Below, piece by piece: positions 29,128-38,773 of a stretch of 64,000 nt of DNA. A program made the translations under genes and the position numbers. Origin of the DNA: Candidatus Eiseniibacteriota bacterium. GTDB lineage: Bacteria > Eisenbacteria > RBG-16-71-46. Within the stretch, counting starts at the first letter, position 1. Every line of letters starts with the position of its first letter. Under the pieces are notes generated by a model. It was given only the letters and a program-made list of their open reading frames with translations, ran no database searches and was not told the DNA's origin. The stretch lies in NCBI GenBank assembly GCA_025360715.1, contig JANYBS010000026.1:5699-69698 (forward strand). Direction: 5' to 3'.

Positions 29128-29847
29128 CTAACGGCCTGCGAGCGGGAAGCGGCTCCAAGCCGAGTGCGCGATCGGGTCGCGGCCCGAGAGCGCGACCACC
29201 TGCCACGTGATCATCTCGCCTGTGGGCACACGCTGCGCGAGTGCAGCGAGCGAGTCGGCCTCGATGCTCAGGCGCGTCCCGGCCACGGGGCCGTAGCGCG
29301 CGACTTCATGCACCTGCGCGTCGAAGACCTGCACATGGTAGAAGCCAGCGCCCGGATAGGCGTCCCAGCTCAGGGTGACGCCGGCGCCAGCATCGATGGC
29401 CTGAGCGCCCTGCACCTGGGCGGTGCCCGCGTCGCCACGGAACTGAGCGGGCGGATCGGTTCGGCGCATGAGCACGAGCGTGGAGACGAGCGCCAGGCAC
29501 GCGGCGAGCGCCAGGAAGCCGGGCAGGTTCGAACGCCGCGCGCGTGGCGAGGACATGGGCAGAGGCTTGGGCTTGGGCTGCAGATCGGGCTGCGGCGTGG
29601 GAAGCAGCGTGGGAAGCAGCGTGGGCTTCTCGTGCGCGCCGATGATTCCGGGCACCATCGCCGCGAGACGCGCCTCGGCCTGCGCGAGTTCTGCTGCATC
29701 TGCGACATCGAGCGCCAGGAACTCCTGCATCGCCGTGAGCGTGGCCTGGCAGCGTTCGCAGCCTTCCACGTGCGCGCGCTCGGCGTCGCCTTGCGGCTGC
29801 GCGAGGATGCGCGTGAGCTGTTCGACCGGCGGATGGCTCGCGCTCAT
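29128..29847 (-). CDS. Transmembrane zinc-binding anti-sigma factor (zf-HC2/ZAS) with extracytoplasmic domain
   Basis: N-terminal H...HVEGCERC (HxxxCxxC), Pro-rich linker, TM LPGFLALAACLALVSTLVLM, then FRG and a beta-rich FN3/Ig-like domain; ATGA overlap with the sigma gene. Confidence 0.8.
   Translation of the reverse strand: MSASHPPVEQLTRILAQPQGDAERAHVEGCERCQATLTAMQEFLALDVADAAELAQAEARLAAMVPGIIGAHEKPTLLPTLLPTPQPDLQPKPKPLPMSSPRARRSNLPGFLALAACLALVSTLVLMRRTDPPAQFRGDAGTAQVQGAQAIDAGAGVTLSWDAYPGAGFYHVQVFDAQVHEVARYGPVAGTRLSIEADSLAALAQRVPTGEMITWQVVALSGRDPIAHSAWSRFPLAGR
29595..29625. repeat. 12-bp tandem repeat (GCGTGGGAAGCA x ~2.6) encoding PTLL-PTLL-PT
   Basis: Read directly; lies in the anti-sigma cytoplasmic linker. 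Confidence 0.85.
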
Positions 29848-30461
29848 CGCTGCGCGCCCCCGGATGCGTCGCCACCGCGCATGAAGTCGGCGCCGAGTTC
29901 CGCGCGCAGCTTGCGGCGCGCCGACTGCAGCACGCCGCGCGCGCCGCTCGCGCCCTCAAGGCCGAGTAGTCGCGTGATGTCGTCGACTGGCAGCCCTTCC
30001 TGCGCGCGCAGCCAGATCACCTTGCGCTCGAGCGGACCGAGCACCGAGTCGATGGCGCACACGACGCGCTCGGCGCGCTCGCGCTCGAGGCGCGACACTT
30101 CCAAGCCGGGCTGATCATCCATGAGCATCTCCACGTCGGCCTCCTCGTCGCGTGACAGCGGCCGCTTGCGCAGGATCGACAAGCAACGATTGCGCGCGAT
30201 GGTGAAGAACCACGCACCGACCGTGCCGCGTGAGTCATACCGGGGCAACGCGAGATACGCGCGAAGCAGGCACTCCTGCGTCAGGTCGAGCGCGCTCTCA
30301 CGGTCGCGGACCATCCGGAGACACCAGAGGTAGATCCGGCTCCGCCACCGATCGAGCAGCATCCCGGCTGCGCGACGCCCCTCCTCCCCCTGCGGGTCGG
30401 ACTGGAAGATCGCGATCAGCCGTTCGTCATCCCCGGCATCACCCGGGAGTGCTTCCTTCAC
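29844..30461 (-). CDS. ECF RNA polymerase sigma factor
   Basis: DDERLI, region 2 ALDLTQECLLRAY...WFFTIARNRCLS, region 4 LERKVIWLR...ARRKLR. Confidence 0.93.
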   Translation of the reverse strand: MKEALPGDAGDDERLIAIFQSDPQGEEGRRAAGMLLDRWRSRIYLWCLRMVRDRESALDLTQECLLRAYLALPRYDSRGTVGAWFFTIARNRCLSILRKRPLSRDEEADVEMLMDDQPGLEVSRLERERAERVVCAIDSVLGPLERKVIWLRAQEGLPVDDITRLLGLEGASGARGVLQSARRKLRAELGADFMRGGDASGGAQR

Positions 30462-30507
30462 TGGGAACCTCAGGATGATCGATCCGGCACAACATTTCTC
30501 TCGGCGC

Positions 30508-33210
30508 TCAGGGAACGATGCCGAAAATGCTGCGCCGGGGCAACTTGGCCGTCACGAGCGGATCGCCCACCAAGGTGAAGCCCGCCCAATGCAAGGGCGC
30601 CGCCGTCGCCGGGTCGCGGCGCAGCGCGAGTTGCGCCTGACGCAACGCCTCACCGGCCGGCAGGCCGCGCTCGAGCGCCGTATAGAAGGCCTGCGTGACG
30701 GCCTTGCCGTCGGCGTCCGGGATCGGCCAGCGTGCGCCAACCACCGCGCGCGCGCCAGCGCGCAGGAAGGCGCCCGCCAGGCCGCGCTCTCCCGGCTGGG
30801 CCTGACGCAGGTCGCTCTGCACGGCGGTGCAGCCGGTGAGTACGGCAAGGCGCGCGCGCAGGCGCACCGGCACGAGGTCGTGCACCCGCAGATAGGCGTC
30901 CGAGCGCGAGGGATCGCCGAGGAGGATGCCGGAGCGCCACGGGTTCTCGGGATCGGTATCGAAGTGCGCACTCACGTGCACGACATCGGCGGTGCCCATG
31001 CGCAGAAGCGCTCGATCGGCGTCGGCGCGCGACCGCGGCGCGCGCAGCGTGACACCGGCGTAGCGTCCCAAGAGCCAGCGCGTCTCATCCGCGACGCCCG
31101 CGAGGCGTTGCCCCTTCGCATCCACGCTGTTCGTGAGCACGAACAGACTCGTTGCCGCGCTGCTTTCGTGCGTGGCTCGCAAGCTCGCGAACAAACAGAG
31201 CGACGGCAGACTCACGGTCTCGAAGCGGTCGACGAGCGCGCGAGCATCGCCGGGCGCGATCAGCATCGGCCACGGGTACGCCTGCCCCCATGCGCCATCG
31301 ACCACCAGCAGCCGTTTCGCGTGGCGCAGTTCGCCCGCCAGCGGCGCGAGCAGGTCACGGCCGAGCTCCAGCGCAAGCGAGCGCTGCATGGGCGACAGAT
31401 CGGCCCCGGCCCTTTGCGCCAATTCGTGCAGCTGTTGCACGCGCGCCAACCCGCGCATGGCGCCAGGCACCGCATAGCTGCGAACACTCGCGCGCGTCAA
31501 GGCGAACACGAACGAGCTGTCCTGGCCCGGGAGGATCTCGAGCAGCACCTCGCCCGGCTGCAGCACCGAACCCTGCAATACCGGGAGCGTGGCAGCTTTC
31601 AGCGGCGTGCCCAGAACCTGCGTGTGCAGAGGCTCGATCTCGTGGTAGCGGTCGAACGCGAGCCGTAAGCGCTCGCCCGCGGACTCGCCGGGCGCAGGAG
31701 TCGCGACGATGCGCACGAGATCGCCCCAGAAGATCGTGCCTCGGTCGAAGCCGCGCGAGTCCCACATGGGATCATCCGATTTGAACCGCCCGCTCGCAGT
31801 CTGTCGAAAGGCCGCAAGCGCTGCCTCGCGCGCGCCCAAGGGGTCGCCCGCTGCCATGCGCGCCAGCGCGAGATCGTTGAGCACCGCGATCGTCCTGCGC
31901 TCGCGCGTCGCGTCGGGCACGTCCCGCAGCAACGCCTCAAGGCGGCGCACGGCGCCGCGGTGATCGCCCGCCGCGCCAAGGACACGCGCCGCCATGACGC
32001 GAACTTGCAGCAATTCGGAATCCGACGCCGGGCGGAACCGGCTCACATCGGCGACCCAGCCATCGAGCGACTTGACCGCTTCGTCCACACGCCCGGCGCG
32101 CCCCAGCGCGAGCGCGCGTTCGGAGATCAGCGCAGGCTCGGGCCGCAGATGGAAAGAGTCCACGACCGCCCACGCCGAACGCAATTGCTCGAACCCTTCA
32201 TCAAAGCGATCGAGCGCGCGCAGGGCCATGCCATAGCGCATGTGGTAGCTCGCGCGGGTGCTCGGCCGCAGCCGCGCCGAGAGCAGGGGTCGCGCCGCCT
32301 CGAGCACCTGCACGGCGCGCGCAGGCTCGTCGAGCCGGAAGTGCGTCACCGCGAGGTTCACGCTCGATTGCAATTGTTCGTCTGCGCGACCGGCGCGGCG
32401 CTGCAATTCGATCGCCTGCTCATACGCGGGCACGGCGTCGGCGGGATCGCCGTGCTCCCATTCGAGCGTCGCCAGATTGTTGAGCGCGGAGGCAAGGTTG
32501 TACGAATCGTTCTGAGCGCGCGCCTCGCGGATCACATCGGCGTAGACGACGCGCGCCTCATCGAGGCGCCCCTCGTGCACGAGCGCACGGCCCAGTCCCA
32601 CCTGCGCCACACGGCGCGACAGGCCGTCCCACTGCGGCGAGAGCAATCGCAGCGCCGCGCGGTAGCCGCGCTCCGCGGCCGCATGGCGCTCCGCGAGCAG
32701 GTCGATGTACGCCAGGTCGAGCCGCGCTTGTCCTTCGTATCGCGGCAGGCGCGCTGCACGTGAAGCAGCAAGCAGCCGCTTCAGCACCGGCGCCGCCTCG
32801 CTCGCCGTGCCCGCGAGCACATCGCCCAACGCGTGCGAGAAGAGCGCTTGGCAGAGCAGCAGCGTGTCGCGCGCCGCGGCGCCGCGCGCGATGCCGGCAG
32901 ACGCGATGCGCTGCGCCGCCTCGCGCTGGCCGCGGAACGCGAGCAGCGTTGCGCGGTGGGCGTCGGCGACGATGCGCAGGTCGGAGTCCGCGACCGCTGC
33001 AGGCGACTGCGCCAGCTCGGTGAGCCAGCGCTCGGACTCGGCGCCGGCATCGCGCGCGCGCAACGAATCGTAGCGCACGAACACGTCGCGATAGCGCTCC
33101 GAGGGACGCGCGCTGGTGCGCGCGGCACGCGCCGGTACGAGCGCGACCAGACATGTCAGCGAGCAGAGGAGCGCAACGATGAGCCGGGCGGGCGGGAGGC
33201 GCGCGTGCAT
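30508..33210 (-). CDS. TPR + CHAT (caspase HetF-associated) protease with N-terminal signal peptide
   Basis: TPRs (LASALNNLATL, SSVNLAVTH), CHAT motifs LLVVDG...PW, VVHVSAH, LAVLTGC, GLAGAFLRAGARAVV, FYTAL, HWAGFTLVG; His/Cys dyad present; start re-set to ATG 33210. Confidence 0.9.
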   Translation of the reverse strand: MHARLPPARLIVALLCSLTCLVALVPARAARTSARPSERYRDVFVRYDSLRARDAGAESERWLTELAQSPAAVADSDLRIVADAHRATLLAFRGQREAAQRIASAGIARGAAARDTLLLCQALFSHALGDVLAGTASEAAPVLKRLLAASRAARLPRYEGQARLDLAYIDLLAERHAAAERGYRAALRLLSPQWDGLSRRVAQVGLGRALVHEGRLDEARVVYADVIREARAQNDSYNLASALNNLATLEWEHGDPADAVPAYEQAIELQRRAGRADEQLQSSVNLAVTHFRLDEPARAVQVLEAARPLLSARLRPSTRASYHMRYGMALRALDRFDEGFEQLRSAWAVVDSFHLRPEPALISERALALGRAGRVDEAVKSLDGWVADVSRFRPASDSELLQVRVMAARVLGAAGDHRGAVRRLEALLRDVPDATRERRTIAVLNDLALARMAAGDPLGAREAALAAFRQTASGRFKSDDPMWDSRGFDRGTIFWGDLVRIVATPAPGESAGERLRLAFDRYHEIEPLHTQVLGTPLKAATLPVLQGSVLQPGEVLLEILPGQDSSFVFALTRASVRSYAVPGAMRGLARVQQLHELAQRAGADLSPMQRSLALELGRDLLAPLAGELRHAKRLLVVDGAWGQAYPWPMLIAPGDARALVDRFETVSLPSLCLFASLRATHESSAATSLFVLTNSVDAKGQRLAGVADETRWLLGRYAGVTLRAPRSRADADRALLRMGTADVVHVSAHFDTDPENPWRSGILLGDPSRSDAYLRVHDLVPVRLRARLAVLTGCTAVQSDLRQAQPGERGLAGAFLRAGARAVVGARWPIPDADGKAVTQAFYTALERGLPAGEALRQAQLALRRDPATAAPLHWAGFTLVGDPLVTAKLPRRSIFGIVP

Positions 33211-33331
33211 GTGAGCGTCACCCTGCCCCCGCGGTGTGCAGCGGTCAAGCAGGCTTGGCGCTTTGCGGCGAAAGCACCGCGGCGCGCATCCCAAGGGACG
33301 CGCGCCGCGAGACTTTGTTCTCTTGCACCGG

Positions 33332-35407
33332 CTACCCGGCGAGGATGCCAGCGGCCGTCTCGTCCTCGAAGCGTTCGGTCGCTTCGACGAATGTGAGATG
33401 CCTGCCCGCGTTCGGGCTGTCATTCGAGCTGCGCTCGGTCAGGCGCGGATCCTTGGCCACGTACTGGTGCGACCAAGACTCCAGGCTCAACCAGCGCCAG
33501 ACCTGAAGCCCGATCTCGCGCCGGCCAGCGAGGTATTCCTCCAACTCCGCCTGCAACACATCGCCGCGCACCCAGTCCTGGAACGGACCCGGCCGGCTCA
33601 GGCGCTTGCGCACCTCGGCGGAGTAGCGGCCGCGCAACCACAGGTCGGTAGGCGTCTCGAAACCCATCTTGTCACGACGGTCCAGGATCGACTTGGGGAT
33701 CCGGTCGTGTAGCGCCCGGCGCAGGATCGCTTTCGTGGTGACGCCATCGAGCTTCTGCGTATCGGGCAGTGCGAACGCGAACTCCGCCAGGCGATAGTCC
33801 AGGAACGGCAGGCGCGTCTCGATGCCGAACGCCATCGAGTCGCGATCCTCGTAGCGCAGCAGGCTCGGCAACTGGCGCTGCAACGTGTCGAACTCCAGCT
33901 GCCGCCACAGATACGAACGCGAGCCGTGCGGCATGTGGCCGACGGTGCTGGGAGCATTGGCCAGAAGGCTCGAAAGCACCTTGTCCTTGCCCTGGCCGTA
34001 GCGGCCGCGCAGCGCACCCACGAGCCCTGCAGGCAGCCACGGTTCGAAGGTATGCAGCAGCGTGGTGGCAAAGCCCAAGCGGTCGCTCACCTTGCCCCAC
34101 AGCGACTGGAAGCCGGCCCAGTCGCCGGCGGCGACCAGGTCGCGCAGGCGCGCGGGCAGATACCGGAAGTAGCCCGCCAGGATCTCGTCGCCGCCCTGGC
34201 CATCGAGGAGCACCTTGAGGCCCTTGTCGCGCGCGAGCTGCATGACCTTGTATTGCGAGTACACGCCGGGGCCGGCCGTAGGCTCGTCCTGCGCTCGCGC
34301 AAGCGTGTCGAACACGCTCCAGAAGTCGCCGCCATCGGGCACGATGATGTGGCTCGTGGCGCCGCTGGCCTCGACCGCCGCGCGGATGTAGGGCCGCTCA
34401 TCGAACGCGGGGCCCTCGTCGTAGGCGCACGAGAACGCGTGCAGGCCCTTGTTGGCGAGCGTGGAAGCGGTCGTGATCACCGCGCTCGAGTCGAGTCCGC
34501 CCGACAGACAGGAGCCGACCTCGACGTCGGCGCGCAGCCGCAGCTTCACGGAGTCGGTGAACAGCCGCTCGAACTCAGCCTCCAGGGACCTGGCATCGCC
34601 CCCCACGAAGCGACTGGGATCGACGCTCCACCAGCGACGCACGCTCAGACCGTTGTCGCTCATGGTCAGGCAGTGGCCCGCAGGCAGCTGCCAGAGACCT
34701 TCGAAGAACGTCTGCGCCTCGTGATCGACCCAGTCGAGCGCGAGCAGGTCACGGATGGCCGACAGCCGCGGCGTGATGCGGTGCGGCTGCGTGAGCACGA
34801 GCGCCTTGGGCTCGGATGCGAAGGCGAACCGCTGACCATCGAACTGGTAGTAGAACGGCTTCACACCGAAGCGGTCACGCGCGCAGAAAAGCTGCTTCTT
34901 GGCACCGTCCCAGATCGCGAGTGCGAACATGCCATTGAAATGATGCAGGCAGTCCTCGCCCCACTTCTGGTAGGCCGCGAGGATGACTTCGGTGTCGGAT
35001 GTGCTCACGAACCGCGCCCCGTCCTTCTCGAGTTCGGCGCGCAGCTCGATGTGGTTGTAGACCTCGCCGTTGAACACGATCCAATCGCGGCCGTCAGCGC
35101 CGCAGAGCGGCTGGTGACCACTGGGCTTGAGGTCGACGATGGAGAGCCGGCGGTGCACCAGGCCGACGCCGTAGTCGGCGGTGCGCTGGTCGCCACGCGC
35201 CTTCGCAGGCGCATAGGGCAGGCCGGACTGGAACACATCGGCAGGCGTATCGGCGCCGCCGTGCGTGAAGGACTGGCCGCCCTTGGCATCGATGAGCACC
35301 ATGCCTTCGTCGTCGGGACCGCGATGGCGGAGCAGTTGCCCCATGCGATGCAGCCGTCCGAGATCGGCGCGTCCTTGTCGATCGTAGAGTCCCGCGATGC
35401 CGCACAT
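33332..35407 (-). CDS. asnB: Asparagine synthase (glutamine-hydrolysing) family amidotransferase
   Basis: MCGIAG, HRGPD, HRRLSIVD, FNGEVYN, RDRFGVKP, LSGGLDSS, DGQGGDE, RLPFLD. Probably a polysaccharide amidotransferase given context. Confidence 0.93.
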   Translation of the reverse strand: MCGIAGLYDRQGRADLGRLHRMGQLLRHRGPDDEGMVLIDAKGGQSFTHGGADTPADVFQSGLPYAPAKARGDQRTADYGVGLVHRRLSIVDLKPSGHQPLCGADGRDWIVFNGEVYNHIELRAELEKDGARFVSTSDTEVILAAYQKWGEDCLHHFNGMFALAIWDGAKKQLFCARDRFGVKPFYYQFDGQRFAFASEPKALVLTQPHRITPRLSAIRDLLALDWVDHEAQTFFEGLWQLPAGHCLTMSDNGLSVRRWWSVDPSRFVGGDARSLEAEFERLFTDSVKLRLRADVEVGSCLSGGLDSSAVITTASTLANKGLHAFSCAYDEGPAFDERPYIRAAVEASGATSHIIVPDGGDFWSVFDTLARAQDEPTAGPGVYSQYKVMQLARDKGLKVLLDGQGGDEILAGYFRYLPARLRDLVAAGDWAGFQSLWGKVSDRLGFATTLLHTFEPWLPAGLVGALRGRYGQGKDKVLSSLLANAPSTVGHMPHGSRSYLWRQLEFDTLQRQLPSLLRYEDRDSMAFGIETRLPFLDYRLAEFAFALPDTQKLDGVTTKAILRRALHDRIPKSILDRRDKMGFETPTDLWLRGRYSAEVRKRLSRPGPFQDWVRGDVLQAELEEYLAGRREIGLQVWRWLSLESWSHQYVAKDPRLTERSSNDSPNAGRHLTFVEATERFEDETAAGILAG

Positions 35408-35472
35408 GGTGTGTCACTCCTTCAAGGCCGTGGCCCCGCTTTGTTCACCGCTTGCGACCGGAGTCGCGGACA

Positions 35473-36921
35473 TTACTGCGCGAACGGACGCGCGCGGTGT
35501 TTCACCGCGCCGCGGTCCGTCCAGACTTCGAGCCGCCATGCCAGCCCTGCAAACAGCGCCAGCGCCGCGACCTTCACCCCTACGCCCCCCACCCCCGGTG
35601 GTGCGAGCCGCACTGCCGCCACCCCCAAGCCCAGAGCGCCCAGGAAGAGCAGCGCAAGACGCGCGCCCCGGTACGGCAAGGGATGCACTCTCTGGGCGAC
35701 GATGTAGGCGAACACGGCAGAAGATGCGTAGCCCATGCACGTGGCCGCAGCAGCGCCTTGCGCGCCGTAACGCGGCGTGAGCACGAGGTTCGCGAGCGTC
35801 GCCACCAGCGCAGCGCCGCCGGCCGTCCACACGATCAACGGCGTGCGAAGCGACAGGTTGATACCCAGAGCGGCCACATAGTAGGCCCCCTGTGCGACCG
35901 CCGCAAAGGCGAGCCAGAGCGCTGGGGCTGCGGCTGCGGCATATGACTTGGTGGCCAGCAGGCCCACGATCGTGGGCGCGAAGAGTCCGCACGCCAGCGC
36001 CCCGAACGACGCCACCGCCACATAGAGCGCGAAGACGCGCGCGAACAGCAAGCCGGAGCCCGGCTGTTTGGCTTGAGCGAAGGCCCAAGGTCCAAAGGCC
36101 AACTGGAACGCCGAGACCGCCATGGTCACGACCGCGAAGAACTTCATGGCCACTCCGTAGACGGCGACGGTCTCGAGGTTGGAATGCTGCTGCAGCGTAT
36201 AGCGGTCGACCGAGCTGATGATGCCGTAAGCGAACGACACCGGCATGAGCGGTGCGCCGTAGCGGAACATCTGGCGCAGTAACGTGCGGCTGAACCGCGG
36301 CTTGAGCGAATGCCGGCAGAACACCAGCCCCACGCACGCCGTGCCTGCATCCCCCAGCAGCTTCCCGTACAGCACACCGGCCACGCCAAGGTGTTTTCCG
36401 ATCACGAAGTAGAGCGTCAGGCCGCCCACGAGCACTGCTTGCGTCACGTTCAAAGCGATGAACTTCCACGGCTGGAAGGTCACGCGCAGCACATCGTTCG
36501 AGAACAGGCAGAACAACGTGAACGGCAGCGTCATCGCGCCGATGCGCAGGTACTTCGCGTAGGCCGCGCCGCCCAGGACGTGACTCGCGAGCCACGGCGC
36601 GGACAGCGCCAGGATCGCGGCAGCCGAGCCGCCCACGAGCAGGCGGAACACGAACGACGACGACACCATGCGGATGCGCGCTTCCCGGTCCGGCTGTTCG
36701 TAGAAGAATCGCGCGAGCGCACTGTCCATGCCGAATACCAGGACGAGCAGCACACTGGCGGAGTAGCTCAACACCAGGTCCGAGACCCCGAACTGCTGCT
36801 GCAGAAGCGCGCGCACGAGGACCGGCACCAAGAGCAGGTTCACGCCCTTGCCGAGCACCTGCCCCAGCCCATAGATGAGCGAGTCGCCCGACAGGCGCCG
36901 CAGCTGCTCGCGGATGTTCAT
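35473..36921 (-). CDS. Wzx-type oligosaccharide flippase
   Basis: SLIYGLG...LLLVPVL, ~12-14 TM helices, DRY, YGAQGAAAAT. Confidence 0.88.
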   Translation of the reverse strand: MNIREQLRRLSGDSLIYGLGQVLGKGVNLLLVPVLVRALLQQQFGVSDLVLSYSASVLLVLVFGMDSALARFFYEQPDREARIRMVSSSFVFRLLVGGSAAAILALSAPWLASHVLGGAAYAKYLRIGAMTLPFTLFCLFSNDVLRVTFQPWKFIALNVTQAVLVGGLTLYFVIGKHLGVAGVLYGKLLGDAGTACVGLVFCRHSLKPRFSRTLLRQMFRYGAPLMPVSFAYGIISSVDRYTLQQHSNLETVAVYGVAMKFFAVVTMAVSAFQLAFGPWAFAQAKQPGSGLLFARVFALYVAVASFGALACGLFAPTIVGLLATKSYAAAAAPALWLAFAAVAQGAYYVAALGINLSLRTPLIVWTAGGAALVATLANLVLTPRYGAQGAAAATCMGYASSAVFAYIVAQRVHPLPYRGARLALLFLGALGLGVAAVRLAPPGVGGVGVKVAALALFAGLAWRLEVWTDRGAVKHRARPFAQ

Positions 36922-37928
36922 CGTGCACCGATCGCTTGGTAGATCTCGATGAGCCGCGCTGCCACGACCGGCGCCGCATGCTCGCGCTCTACATAGGCGC
37001 GACCCTCATCGCCAAGGCGCTCGCGCCGTGGCGTGTCGGTGAGCACGGCCTCGAGATCGGCGGCGATCGTCGCGACGCTCGTGCGCACGATCGGAGCGCC
37101 ATGCATGCGAGGCTCGAAATCCGGGCGGATGTGACACAGCGCCGGCTTGCCCACCGCCATGGCTTCGACACTCACCATGCCATACCAACCCATGAAGACC
37201 TGGTCCACGAACACGTCGCACTCGCGCATCTGCCGTTGCAGCTCGGGCCACGGCACTTTCTCGACGGTGCGGAACTCGATGTTCGGGAACTTCGGACGCA
37301 GCAGATCGAACGCCGCCTCGATGTGGCGCGTGCCCTTGATGAGACGATTCGTCGGGGCGTGGAGCACCAACTTGGGTTGCGCACGCACAGCCTGCTGCGG
37401 GTAGTCCGGCAGCCACACCGCCACGTGCACCTGCTTCGCGCGCGGCGCGGACTCCAGCAGATCAGGCGTGGACACGATCTCGGCATCGGCGAAGCGCGCG
37501 GCCGAGGCGAGGATGCGCTTCTGGCGCGCCGGATGGCAGAACGGGTCGCACTCGGTGCACGTGGAGGCCGAGTGCGTGGCCAGCATGTGCGCGCGGTTGC
37601 GGATATCGCAGCCGTGATAGTGGAACACCACCTTCTTGCCCAGCGCGTGATAGAGCGGCAGGTCGAAATTATGCGGCGGGATCATGGTGCGGCCGAAATG
37701 AAAATGGAACACGTCCCACTTTCCCAGATGCCGCGCCAGGTTGCCCGCGTAGCCCAGGTAGCGCCGCGGCGGCGACATGGCGTCGTACGGACGCATCTCG
37801 TCGACCGCGTACTGCGCGAAAGTGGGATTGGTCGCCAGCGAGTGCGCCTCGACTCCCAGATCGCGCAACGCCCGCGCGAGGATGCTCGTCTGCCCGGCGA
37901 TCTCGGAGGGCGCGTGCAGTACCTTCAT
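36918..37928 (-). CDS. Glycosyltransferase family 4-like
   Basis: HYHGCDIR, HAPTNRLIKGT, DQVFMGWYGMVSVEAMAVGKP; start re-set to ATG 37928. Confidence 0.82.
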   Translation of the reverse strand: MKVLHAPSEIAGQTSILARALRDLGVEAHSLATNPTFAQYAVDEMRPYDAMSPPRRYLGYAGNLARHLGKWDVFHFHFGRTMIPPHNFDLPLYHALGKKVVFHYHGCDIRNRAHMLATHSASTCTECDPFCHPARQKRILASAARFADAEIVSTPDLLESAPRAKQVHVAVWLPDYPQQAVRAQPKLVLHAPTNRLIKGTRHIEAAFDLLRPKFPNIEFRTVEKVPWPELQRQMRECDVFVDQVFMGWYGMVSVEAMAVGKPALCHIRPDFEPRMHGAPIVRTSVATIAADLEAVLTDTPRRERLGDEGRAYVEREHAAPVVAARLIEIYQAIGAR

Positions 37929-38773
37929 CGTGGCCTGCCGAAGGGGTTCAGCTTGCCGCACCATGGGCACGACCAGCGCGCCGCGAACGGCGGCGTCGCA
38001 TCGACCACGGCGTGTTCGCCGCAGTCGCGGCACACGTGCGTGATGCGCCGCGGGCCCGGCAGCGGCGGCGCCGTCGGCCCGTCGGTGCGGCCCGTCTTGC
38101 GGAAGGTGAGCACGAAGTTGGCATCGCTCGCGAGGTCCACGCCGGTCGCGCGGTGGATGTTAGCGAGCGCATCGGTGAACGCGCCCTGTAGCGGCTTGGT
38201 GCGCGCGTCGTTCATCCACGAGAAGCCCGCCGGCACGAACGCGTGCGCCGTGAGCGACATGCCGCGACTGCGGAAGAGCTCGAGCAAGCCTTGCAAGGCG
38301 AACCGTTGCTGATGCTCCAGGCGCTTCTTGAACTTCATGAGCGCGTACTTCGCGAAGTAGCCGGCGAAGCGGTACAGGCGATCATCGAACGCCGCCGCGC
38401 GCGGCACCGACAGATAGAGCGTGCCGCCTGGTCTGGTCACGCGCACGAGTTCATCGCAGCACGCGTGCAGCTCGGTCACGTGCTCAAGCACGTAATGGCA
38501 CACGGTGAGGTCAAAGCGCTCCGCGCGCAGCGGCAGGTGCGCGAGATCGCCGCGGAACACGCGCACGAGCGGCGTACGCTGGGGCGGCCCCGGCGGGAAC
38601 TTGATGTCAAACCCAGTAATGTCCAGGTCCAGCCGCTCGGAGTAAGGCCACGAACCGGGTCCGCACCCCGCATCGAGCACGCGCGCGCCCCGCGGCTGCG
38701 AGGCGATCACCTCGCGCAGGAACACCGGCGGGTCGCTGGGGCCCATGGCGGGCTTGTGCACCTGCAAGCTCAC
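37925..38773 (-). CDS. Class I SAM methyltransferase with C-terminal Cys4 zinc ribbon
   Basis: VLDAGCGPG, LPLRAERFD, VLEHV, RVTRPGG; C-terminal CRDC...CPWC; start re-set to GTG 38773. Confidence 0.82.
   Translation of the reverse strand: MSLQVHKPAMGPSDPPVFLREVIASQPRGARVLDAGCGPGSWPYSERLDLDITGFDIKFPPGPPQRTPLVRVFRGDLAHLPLRAERFDLTVCHYVLEHVTELHACCDELVRVTRPGGTLYLSVPRAAAFDDRLYRFAGYFAKYALMKFKKRLEHQQRFALQGLLELFRSRGMSLTAHAFVPAGFSWMNDARTKPLQGAFTDALANIHRATGVDLASDANFVLTFRKTGRTDGPTAPPLPGPRRITHVCRDCGEHAVVDATPPFAARWSCPWCGKLNPFGRPR

Noticed and set aside
30508-33210. CHAT protein as part of a type III-E CRISPR (Craspase) locus
   Set aside because: No cas genes or repeat-spacer array seen anywhere in the window, and the protein appears to be exported.
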